Source: Prorocentrum cordatum (Eukaryota). Taken from it: a stretch of 55,976 bases of DNA. The notes below the pieces were generated by a model. That model made no database searches and was not told the DNA's origin. It saw nothing but the letters and a program-made list of their open reading frames with translations. Positions 22,440 to 33,452 of this stretch are shown here, in pieces. Location: the NCBI GenBank assembly GCA_963575745.1, contig CAUYUJ010000120.1:62001-117976 (forward strand), in the 5' to 3' direction. Both the position numbers and the translations under genes were made by a program. The stretch's first letter is position 1, and each line of letters opens with the position of its first letter.

Positions 22440-25400
22440 CACCTCGATCGTGCTTGCGTCGTCCTCCGTGCGTCCTGCCTGGAGAGCAGAACAAAGACGC
22501 CCTCGTGAGAACTACATCGTTACCCAGCGAAGGAGCCATCGAAGACCGAGACTTCATTTTGCGTCACCAGTGCTCGCCTCAGACCACAGCAAGCTGCAGC
22601 GCGCTCTGAAAGTGTGGCAGGCGGAGCTCGCCGAGCTTCGTGCCGCCGATTCGGAACCGTCCAAACACACTGAGCTGCGGTCTGTGCGCCAGCTGTTGAG
22701 TAACTCAGACGTCCTGCGAGTTCCACTTGAGATCGTGGAGATGTCCTCCCCGGACAACCCGGGTGCCGTTTTCAAAATGGCGGAGGCCAAAACAGGGCAT
22801 TGGGCTGTAGAGGCGACCTCTTCGCAACAGGTGTGGGTGCCAGCGAACGCAGTGCGCACCGACAGAAACGACACATGGAAATACAACGACAATAACAAAG
22901 ACAAACGCAAGACCAACAACGGCAAGGGCAAGGACCAGCAAGCTTTGATCCCATGTTCGTTTTACCTCAGCGGGTACTGCCGTTGGGGCAACAACTGCAA
23001 GTTCTACCGCACTGGCAACGACGAGAGCAAATCCCTACCAAAAGATGTGTGCCGCATCTGCCACCAGCCCAGACACTGGGGCAACGAATGCCCAAACAGA
23101 GGACTCCCTGGGGTGGGGCACGGGGCAGGAAAAAGAAAGGCTGGGGTGGGGCCCCGACCAAAAGGGGACGCCCAAACAAGTGGACAGACTCAGGAAAAGG
23201 ATGGGGCACCGACGCGCCCATGTCCGTGCCTCCAGGTCTCGAGACCGAGGAGAGCCGGAACCGCAGCCGGATCGGAGCCGGCGCGCTGGCTGGCGAGGCA
23301 GCCGGATCGGAACCGGCGCCAGCAACGCAGCAATCCACGGCAAGCATGGTAGCTTTCAAACAGATGGCACAGCAAATGGCGCACAGACAACCAACTACAA
23401 AGCAGTGGAGGATATTCTGGAGCGCGTTTCCAGGAACATGCTCCGAGTTTCCACTCCCAACGTCACCCTCGGGGTCAAGTGTGTCACTTCGGAGTCGCCT
23501 CTGGCGATGGCGGCGGATTCGGGTGCCGAAAAACACGTGCTGGCAGGTAGGGATTTCGGGCACGCCAAGGGCATCGGCCTCCTCGATTCGCCCCTCATCC
23601 TTGAGACGGCGAACGGCGAGACAGTCGTCACGCAGCAGCGCGACGTTGTGTGCGGAGGAGTTCTCCTTCAGGGCGTCTTGATGTACCAAACTGCTATATC
23701 TTCCCTCCTGGCAATCGTCCTGTTGACGGACGACAGCTCGCAGTATAGCCAGGTTCGCGCAGGCGCTGTGCTGACGGATTCCCGGGGACGTCGTTTTAGC
23801 CTGCGCAGGTCTGGCAACTTATTCATCCTCGTCGGTACAAGTATAACACCTACCCCTTCGCCATTACCATCATCTGCGTCACCGTCATCATTGGGAAGGG
23901 GAGAGGGAGGAGGAATAGGAGAGACGGGAACAGATCGCAACGCGGGTTCGGCTGGGTCGGCGTTTCGCAATCAGGGTTCCGCAGAAAAGGATGACAGTCG
24001 CGCCGCTGCGCCACGGCCGACTGGATTCCAGAGGACAGGCGGCGTGGCGGACAATCGTGCTGTTGAGCCACGGCTTACTGGAAACCCGTCGCCGCCCGTG
24101 GCTTCATCGGAGGGTCGCGGCGGGTCGTGGGCACCAAGCACGTTCGAGATGTACGCTGCCAGCGTGCGGGAAGAGCCCGTCCTGGTGGTGAATTCTCCAA
24201 GAAGGTTCTGCAGCAGTATCTTTAGTGCGGGGATCCTTCGAACATATTGGTGTACTCCCCAGAGCGCAAAAGCCTGCCGAGTGACATGGACCATGCGCTC
24301 CTTATCTTAGGAAAGGGCTACGCGGAACACGATCCGAATTGCGACATTTGCGTGCAAGCGAGGCTCCGTGCACGCCCGGCCCGGCGGGTGCACCAGGAGT
24401 CTTTTGGAGGGGAGGTTTCTTCAGACCTCGCTGGCTCCATGCCCGTTAGCCTGAACGGTGACAAGTACGCCCTCGGCATGGCTTCGTAAACCCCTTCCTT
24501 GCCCAACAAAAAGTCCCGAACCGTGCGAGAAGCGATGGTCGATTGCAAACTCGATCGCCGACGCTTCTGGCGATTCCACTCGGACGGCGGCGTGGAGGCT
24601 AAGGGGGAGGTGGACAGATGGCTCTGGGAGTGCGGTCTCGATCGCACCGACAAGAGTGAGTGTAGGTCGCAGGCCAGCGGCGTCGCCGAGAGGCGCATCC
24701 AGGAATTCTTCGATATCGTCCTTTTCCTCCAAGCGGCTGCTCCCAAACAGTTATGGGACGAGGCACTCGTGTACGCACGCGCCTTGTTCAACGACGCTCC
24801 CAGAAACTTACCAGGACACGAAGGTAACATTCTTCCACAACTACTCGGAACGAGTAAAAACGAAATTGTAAGCAAATGGCCACCTTGGGGGTGCAAGTGT
24901 TTTTGCCCGTTCCCCAAACCCGTGCGAACGGACAAACTCGAGGGTGTCGTTCGATTCGGCGTGTTCGTCGGTTGCGATTCGAAGACGGTCCATGGTGTGA
25001 GGGTTGCGCCGATCACATGTTGTGGGGGCGAATGGGTGGTCGAAAAACCGATTGTTTCAACCGCTGTTCGCAGTGTCGACGCCGATTGCCCCTGAAGGAC
25101 CGCAGTGGGAAAATTGACTCTCTTGACGGCGTTTTCGACGTCCCAGAGACGGATGCGCCCCTTTCCTACAATGACCCCGTGGCTGCGGAGACCGGCGCGG
25201 CCGCGCGGGGGGGGGGGTCCACATGCGGCGGCCGGGGGCAGTCGAGGTGTTGCGCCACGCCCGATTGGAGCCGCCGTTTCCGACGGACCCATAGCACAAA
25301 CACGACGTCCCACAAACAGTCGTTTCGCCACAGTCCAGGAGCAATGCGCTTATTGGCGCGAGCGTAAGCGGGAGCAGGCACGTAAACGCGTCCGGTCCAA

Positions 25401-28400
25401 CCTTCTGGCCGCGTCCGTGAAAAGCCACGTCCACTCAGGCGGCGGTGATTCTGACTGGGACAGCGTCAGTGCGTGTAGCAATCCTTCGTCTTTCGCGTCC
25501 GTTGCGTCTGACAGCGATGACGTCCAGCCAGATTTGTTTCGAGATAGCGTTGGCGACTGCTGCTCGCTCGCTCCAGCCAGTTTGTTTCGCAAATGCCGCT
25601 GCCGTTGCGACGGGGCCTGGCGATGATACCTTCCGCGTTCTCGCGAGCGTCATAACTGCGTAGGAACCCGTAGCCGAGAAAATGTACGTCTTGGGCCGCC
25701 AGGCGGCGCATGTCACGCAGCTGATAGACACGAAGCTGTATTTCCGACGCCTGGATGGCCGCGGAGCTCAGGCAGGGGCCGAGGAATTCGACCGTATGGC
25801 CGAGCACCCCGTGTGACATGCGCCACAAGAGTTGTCGATTCCGGAGGGTTCCCGAGTCGTCGGAAGGATACTCCTGATCTCAGAGAAACATTTGGAGCAA
25901 CCGCAGTCACTTCATGAATGCAGGGCCCGTGTCGTGCCATGGGCAACGTCTTGTTCGACGAGCGTTTGAAAGTAGTACGTTCGCTCTCCGAGTCGCTATG
26001 GGCACCCGTAGCTACCTTTACCGGCACTCGTTTCGTCCAGGCACGCTCTCTCGCAATGCGTCACGAGACGAAGACCATCGGTTCTTTTCACTGCGTATCT
26101 TCAGGTACAGCTTGGAGGAGAGGAGGTGTATTACATCATTATTCCGCCGAAGTCGTCGACATCGTGCCGCCGCACGTCCAACAGCAGCTCCGTTCTGTGT
26201 AGATTGGTCCGGGCATTGCGTGGTCTTCAGCGTTCCGGTTTGGAAGTCGTAACTGCATTCACCCAGTGGCTCCTTTGGAACAAGTGGCAGTTCATGGAAG
26301 AGGAGCTGGCTGTCGTCGACCTCTGGCACGGGAAGTCCGATCGTGAAACTATGCATCGCGCTGCCAAGCTGAAAGTGTGGATCGATACAGAGCACGCTGC
26401 TGGCAGGAATCCTTTCTCTGACGGCTCGCAGCCCAGCCGCGCGTCGTGGCTTGGCGTGTTCCTGCTGTCCTCGGCCTCGTCGCAGCGCCGTGTGCGGCGG
26501 AGTTCCAAGCAGTGCATCACTATGGCAACCTACGTCGGTCAGTGCGAGCTGGGCGCTGGCAGACGCCACCGTGCCCACGTCTGGGACGTCGTCAGAGTAG
26601 CCTTCAGCAGCAAGGCCCCGGAGGTGGTCCGCAAGTTCCTTGGCTGCTCGCGCAGCGTACTTCGCCAGATGAGTGTTGCTGATGGTCGGGCAGGAGTCGC
26701 CGTCGTGATGTCGCAGTCGGAGCACTGCCAGAGGATCGTCCGAGACTACGAGGCGGTCGTCGGGTACGGCGTGCGACCCGTCGCAACACCAGCGCAGTGA
26801 ACGACCCCTCCTGGACCAGGAGATCTGGCGCCATCAGAGGCTGAACCTGTCGCCGTAGAAATATGGGCGAGGCTTTCTGCGCAACTCGTTGGAGTAGGCC
26901 GGGCTTCTCGTTTGCAGTTGGCTGTCTCGCTCGGCATGCCGATAAATGGTGCGCTTGGGCAGAGGCAGAGCTTCATCACTTCGTCGGATGCGTCCTCTTC
27001 AGCCCGGAGTGCGGCCTCGTGATGTTATTTTCCGGAGATCCTTGGGGCGATTTGGGGCTTCATGCCTGGGGCGACGCAGATTTCTCTGCGCCCGAGGCGC
27101 CGCGGGCTCCTGCCTGGAACTGGCCAGCCCGAAGGGTTCCCAGCGCCCGCTGGCCCGGGGGGCTGCCATGCAAGACTGCGCGACAACTAGTGCTGGCGAG
27201 TCGGAAGCGCTCGCCTGGAGGAAAACGGCGAAACGAGGCATCAAGTTTGCAGCCGTGATCGAGTGCACGCGTGCCGCCCGGGTCGTCGTCTGTGGCCACC
27301 TCGGCAACCGAGCCGCTCAGGTCGCTTTCCAGAAAGGGCATGGCCGAAAATTAGGGCACCTCGAGAAACGCGCGGGGGTGAGCTTGCTAACCGGCGCGGG
27401 GTACTGCCAGAACGCACCAGAAAACATCGGCGATGAATTCGCGAAAGCACTCGGACACGACGTGTCGTTGTACCTCGTCGGTAGGCTGTTCGGTGTTCCT
27501 GTTGCCCAGTTTTCTGATGGTTCGGTGAATGCTGGGATGCTAAGGTTGGCCATGCCGGTTGCGTCTTCGCCATCATCGTTAGCGGCGCCTGGGGAGCGCG
27601 TGGAGATGTTCCCAGGGCAGAGGGTGGTCGAGCGCGCCGCTGGGGCCGTGACGTTGGACAACGCCCAGTGCTTGGGGCAGCTTTCCGGACAGTGCGACGC
27701 GAACCAGCCACTTCAGGCCGAGCGGCGCGAACAGCTGTTGGATCTCCAGGGTCAACAGATCTGGAAGGCCGACCGCCTTCGCGAGCGCATCTGGGCAGAC
27801 GCGGCCGGCGCGGCCGCCAGGGGGGCAGGTGGGGGTCGCGCTGCTGCGCCGCGGCCGACTGGATCCGCCGGGTAGCGCGCCGACGTATCCGCGAATGTAC
27901 CGAAGTGGGTCGCCAGCCACTAGGGGCACGAGCGCAATCGCGCCAGGGCAGACCCTCGCCCGGAGCTCGTCCCGGACGCGCCGCAGGGCGCCAGCCCGGA
28001 GCTGCGGGCGCGTGTCTTGCAGGTTGTGATCGACCAGTGCCTGCGCGACGACGTGTTCACGGCGCTGGTGAACAATCCGCTTAATCCGCTTGCTGGGGCA
28101 GAGGAGACGCAGTTCGGCATCCAGCGCGAGGCCTGTTGCTGCCAGTTGTGGGCGGAGGTCGGTCGCAGGGTCCCCGGTGCAATCGCAATGGCGTCGGAGA
28201 AGAGCGTTTCGTTGCTGCCTCTCCGCCCCCGCGAGGCCCCTGTAAACTCGCCCGCAAGCCTCCCGACGAGGCGCAAAAGGCCCGGATGCGGAGCAACTGG
28301 GCAGCGAACGGACGTGCGCCCAAGGACGCGCCCCAGCACGCCACGCCGAAAAGCAAGGCGGTCCCGAAAAGGTTCCCTGGTGCAACTTCCAAGGCTGCCG
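22440..28400 (+). mobile_element. Decayed Ty1/copia element, gag-PR-IN-RT-RH, 5'-truncated, with a C-terminal extension
   Basis: Gag knuckle CRICHQPRHWGNEC; protease ADSGAEKH and ETANG; integrase HDPNCDIC, SDLAG, HSDGG.E, SGVAERR, WGCKC; RT LWAPVA, AYLQ, LVRALRGLQRSG, YVGQ; RNase H WGDADF, QDCATTSAGESEA, NIGDEFAKAL. Domain order is copia-type. Confidence 0.92.
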
Positions 28401-28759
28401 GCGCTCCTCTGGCGTCCCGGTCTATTGAGCTGGGAGTTTACTGAGTGTCCGCATCTAGGCTCTGATGTGATAGTCCATGGAGAGAGTAGACGATATTTCC
28501 ATCCAGTTAGTTCTGTAGTCTGTTCTCCTTTCTACAAAGAGAATAGACTCTACCCCCCCGGCGTTATCCGCCCCCCTTTCGGGTATGTAGATCATATTTG
28601 ATTCTGACCACATGTCCATCCTAAATATGATTTTACACATTAAAAATGAATTTACACAATCCGAAGGGGGCCAGTATCGGCCCCCCAGAGGTTCCTTTCT
28701 AAAATTCGATGCGCGGGGGCATCTTTTGTTCAAACATAGCACTTCTTCACGAATCCCTG

Positions 28760-29200
28760 GCGACAAATGGGACGAAGTGCACGCGCGCGCGTCGTCGCGC
28801 GCGCGTGTGCCGAAATCCTCCAAAGACCTTCGGTGTCGGAAGGATTTCGCAGTCGAGTTTCCAAAAACATGCAAAACCACAGGGTTTCGCAACACTGATT
28901 TGCTTAAAAAAGCTTACCCGCGAGCTCTTGCGACATCTTAAGAAAACCATGAATATATACAGATTTTCACACAATGCTAACAAACGGGCTTCGCGCGCGC
29001 ATGTCGAAATCTGTCGAACGCCCTTGCGCATGTGCCGTCGCGAGAATATTTTGCAAAAGACGGGACGAAGTGCAGACGCGCGCGTCGTCGCGCGCGTATG
29101 CCGAAATCCTTCAAAACCCATCGGCCTTGGAAGGATTGCGACATCGCGTGTCCAAACAACCTACAAAAACACAAGGTTTCGCAACACGGGTATTCAACAA
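28760..29200 (+). repeat. Non-coding repeat with a ~125-bp direct duplication ~293 bp apart
   Basis: GGGACGAAGTGCA..CGCGCGTCGTCGCGCGCG..TGCCGAAATCCT..GGTTTCGCAACAC at ~28769-28895 and ~29062-29187. Confidence 0.8.
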
Positions 29201-29219
29201 AAGCGTGCGCGGGCGCTCT

Positions 29220-29456
29220 TGCGTTGTCGTTGTCGTCGTCGTCGCCGCCGTCCTCCTTCCTCCCGCGTCGTCGTCGTCGTCGTCGCCGCCTACGTCGTCC
29301 TCTGTCCTTCCTCGTCTTCGTCGTCGTCGTCGTCGTTCTCTTTCGCGTCGTGGTCGTTTCCGTCGTCGTTGTCGCCGTGGTCGTCCTTCCTCCTCCTCCC
29401 TCGTCGTCGTCGTCGTCCGTCGTCGGCGTCTCGTCGTCGTCCCTCCTATTTCGTCG

Positions 29457-29505
<49 letters not shown>

Positions 29506-29740
29506 TGTCGCCGTCGTCGCCGTCGTCGTCTTCTTTTCTCCCTCGTCGTTGTCGTCGTCGGCGTCGCCGTCCTTTCTCCTTCTTCGTCGTTCGCGTCGTC
29601 GCCGTCCTCCATCCTCCCTCGTCGTTGTCGTCGTTGTCGTCGTTGTCGCCGTCGTCGTCCTCCCTCCTCCCTCGTCGTCGTCTTCGTTGGCGACGTCGTC
29701 GTCGTCTTCGTCGTCGTTGGCGTCGGCGTCGTCGTCGTCT

Positions 29741-29785
<45 letters not shown>

Positions 29786-30062
29786 GCGTCGTTGACGTCG
29801 TCGTCGTCGTCGTTGTCGTCGTCGTCGGCGTCGTCATCGTCGTCGTCGTTGTCATAGTCGTCGTCGTCGTCGTCGGCGTCGGCGTAGGCGTCGGCGTCGT
29901 CGTCGTCGTCGGTGTCGTCGTCGTCGTTGTCGTCGTCGTCGTCGTCGTCGTCGTCGTTGTCGGCGTCGTCGAAGTCGTTGGAGACGTCGTTGGTGTCGTC
30001 GTAGTCGTTGTCGGCGGCGTCGTCGTCGTCGTTGTCGCTGTCGTCGTCGGCGTCGCTGTCGT
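29220..30062 (+). repeat. Degenerate (GTC)n microsatellite
   Basis: Seen directly. Confidence 0.95.
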
Positions 30063-30899
30063 TGCCAGGTGCCATTTTGTACCCACCGTCACGGGTTTAT
30101 GAGATTTTGCAAACCAAGTTGCGGGTGGGTGGGTGGGATGTTTGCGCGAGCAGTGGAGTGGACAACTCACTGCGAACAGAAATTTGTAGCCGACCCTTAG
30201 ACTTTGTAACATATCGCACTGTATTGGCATCGTTTGTAAACGTAGAGTTTTTAAGCCCGGCGCGTGTACTTTTTCTCTGCGGGTGCGCGTCAGATTCCCT
30301 CTCTCGTCGTCCTGCCCTCCATCAGTTGTGTTACCCAGCCCAGAGGAGAAGCCTTTGCAGAGCCGACCCCCCCCTGCGCGGTCGCCGCAGGCTCGCGGCG
30401 CGGCGAGGCGGCGTGCGGGGGGATTGCCGCGCCCTGTGCGTGGCCCACGGCCCCCCAAAAGGGCCGCCGCGCGCTCCCGCAGCTCCTCCTCCTCCTCGTC
30501 CTCCTCGTTCTTCTCTGGCGGCGGGGCAGAGGCGCTCGCCTTCCACGACGGCTTTCCAGAGCGGGGGCGTCCTCGCCAGGGCGCCGCTCGCCTCCCCGCT
30601 CTCGCGTCAGGCGGGGCGCCGTGGCAGGCCAGATCAGCCCTGCACCCGTGTGTTTTCCAGTATCGAGTTGTCAAGCGTCGCAAGCATCGTGCGCAGAACT
30701 CTCCGAACGCCCTTTCTCTGCTCCCTCCTCCTCGTGTCCTCCTCATCATCATCCTCGTCCGCTTCGTCCCCCTCCTTTCCCTCCTCCCAGTCGCCCTCCT
30801 ACTTCTCCCTCCCTTCCCCTCCTCCCCCCGCCCTGCGCCTTCCTTCAATCTCCCTTCCCCTCCCCCTTCTGCTGACCGCGCCGCGTGGTGAGTCAGTGG

Positions 30900-31200
30900 C
30901 GAGTCGGGGTCACCGTGCGCATGTGTGACTCGAGTCGTTCTCTGAGGATGTCTCGACCGACTGGGGCCTCAAGTTTCCCACCTCCGTGCGGTGATGGACC
31001 GCGCGGTGAAATCGTCGGGGATTCCGAGGTCACCGCGCGGTTGGGTCCCCAAAGATGCATCCTCCAGGGTCGCCTGCCTTCAGATAGTCCCGAAATATCC
31101 TCATCCCAAATTTCCCTCATCCTGCCTTTGTCTTGCACCGTGCGGTGTCGGGAACCAGTGCCGACGTCATCGTGGCGGGGACCCGCCGCACTTGTGGTCA
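30900..31200 (+). pseudogene. Possible highly degenerate RNase H fragment
   Basis: Across frameshifts: V*LES, EIVGDSEV, GWVPK, GN..ADVIVA, in RNase HI motif order. Confidence 0.3.
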
Positions 31201-31464
31201 GCCAGTTCAGTCAGTTCCCCAGATGCATACTCCAGACCCCGTCCGCCGCCACACGGTTGTGGGGCCTTGGAAGGTGGCACGAAATACGAAGGCAGTCTCG
31301 CTTCGCACGCCGCGGCCCTCCACCCGCCGCGGGCCCGCCCGATCACGGCTTCAAGCGGAAACCTGGTCCAGGGGAAGGGGTTGTGGTGTGGGACCCGTGT
31401 CTTTACAGGTGACGAACGGACAACACACGCCCATACGCATACGGCAGGCTTGCGCCATGTCGAC

Positions 31465-31625
31465 CGGCGGCGACCCCACCACCGGCGTTCAGCTTTGAAC
31501 TCCGCTGGCGACCCAGATTCGGTCGATGTTGAACAATCTGACGCTTCGGAAGCGGCCGATCGTTCAAGGCTGAAGGCTCCCCCTGGTGTCAGAAACTAGC
31601 AGCCGAAGTCGGCACGACACGAACA
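31465..31625 (+). repeat. Dispersed repeat, paralogous to 22140-22295
   Basis: See the 22140-22295 entry. Confidence 0.8.
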
Positions 31626-31651
31626 TAGCCAGTCCTCCTCCCTCCAATCTT

Positions 31652-31669
31652 GTTGTGTGTGTGTTTGTT

Positions 31670-31700
<31 letters not shown>

Positions 31701-31723
31701 TTGTGTGTGTATGTGTGTGCGTG

Positions 31724-31754
<31 letters not shown>
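31652..31754 (+). repeat. (GT)n microsatellite
   Basis: Seen directly. Confidence 0.95.
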
Positions 31755-32119
31755 CTTGTTCGTCTTTGGTGCCTGTCACAACCAGGCTCACTGCAGCGCG
31801 CATGCGGATCGCCTCTGCCGCGCTGCGACGTAAAAAATGTGTGCTGTTAGTTCGTCAAACGGAGTCTGGGCTTTACCCGAGATCCGATGTTGCAAAACAA
31901 ATGCAACATCGCAAACGGAACGGAGCCCCGGACCCCATCGCCCTGCACCATTCTTCGAACCGCATCGATCTATGTATGAGGGTCCTGGGGCCCGAGGCTG
32001 GGCGCAAACACCCGTTGAGGAAAATTTGCAACGCCAGGATCCCAATCCCTATGCCCGCGCCCCAAAGGACGAAGAGGAGAACGAGGAGGAGGAGGAGGAG
32101 GACCACTATAAACCCAAGA

Positions 32120-32935
32120 CCCATCAACGATGCTGGAATACACCCTCCCTCCAAGATCCCTCTTCGTAGGCCCCTACAAGGGGTCATTTCCTCCGAGGGA
32201 CTTGCCCGTTGGGTGACAACCGTGTGAACATCTTGGAACGTGCCAACACACCAGTCTCAGGACTTCAACGCCATAGGTTGACCTGACGGTTACGTTCTGG
32301 CGACCCTGAATCACGCCAAAACACCTTACGTTTAACTCGAACACCGCGAATCAACGTAACTGTTGTGCCCGGACAGTCCTGAATGGTTCCAGCACGCCGT
32401 TTTTGTGACGTTAACCATGACAAAGGTTTAAAGTTAATGTGCGCGGCGCTAAAGCGAGAGCCACATGTTGTAAACGAACCGCCCTCGACCCGTCAAGCCC
32501 TCGCAACTTTTCAAAAGAAACGAATGTGGGCGGCGCTCAGACGAGAGCCACATTTTAAAACACGACTCGCCCTCAATCCGTACAGCTTTTGCAAATCCTT
32601 GAAGCGAATGTAAGCAGCTGTAAGGCGAGAGCCACTATTTGAAAACCACCCGCCCTCAATCCGTAAAGCTCTTACACGTTTTTAGCAATAATGTGCGCGG
32701 CGCTAAGGCGAGAGCCACATTTTGAAAACGACCCGCCCTCAATCCGTGACGCTTTTGCAGTTTTTTTGAACGAATGTGCGCAGCGCTGAGGCAAAATCTA
32801 CAATTTAAAACCACCCGCCGTCCATGTCTGAATCTGTTGTCAACTTCGAAGCATTAAGGTCCTAAGTTGTGAGGAAGTCTCAGGCGACACGCCCAGGCCG
32901 CCCTTTCGACCGGCTTCGGGGCGCGGCAGGGAGAT
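32120..32935 (+). repeat. Dispersed repeat family B, copy 2
   Basis: Units at ~32437, 32524, 32608, 32691 and 32774 (~83-bp period); colinear with 20440-21255. Confidence 0.85.
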
Positions 32936-32949
32936 GTTATCTATAAGGG

Positions 32950-33348
32950 GGAGGAGGAGGAGGGGGAGGAGGAGGAGGCGGATGACGAGGAGGCTGAGGA
33001 GGAGGAGCAGGAGGAAAAGGAGGAAGAGGAGGAGGAGGAGGAGGAGGAGGAGGACCGATGAGGAGAGCCCGCGCCCTGGCAGAGCTCTTTTTTTTTCGCC
33101 GCCCGGGCGGCCTAGCCCGCCGACGATGCCGAAGTCGCCCGGCGGCCCGGCGCTGCCCGGAGGTGCCGGGCGGCCCGCCGCCAGGTGCGGCGGCGGCGCC
33201 GCCGTCGGCGCTTCCGCCGTCGTCGCCGCCGTCGGCGCTGCTGTCGTCGTCGTCGTCGCCGCCGCCGCTGCCGCCGCTGCCGCCACTGTCGCCGCCGCCG
33301 CCGCCGCCGCCGTCACCGTCGTCGCCACCGTCACCGTCGTGGTCGCCG

Positions 33349-33395
<47 letters not shown>

Positions 33396-33452
33396 GTCGT
33401 CGTCGTGGTCGTCGTCGTGGTCGTCGTCGTCGTCGTCGTCGTTGTCGTCGTC
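32950..33452 (+). repeat. (GGA)n then (GCC/GTC)n microsatellites
   Basis: Seen directly. Confidence 0.9.

Noticed and set aside
28430..28540. 3' LTR of the copia element (TG...TACA)
   Set aside because: No matching 5' LTR near 22.3-22.4 kb and no clear polypurine tract, so it cannot be supported.
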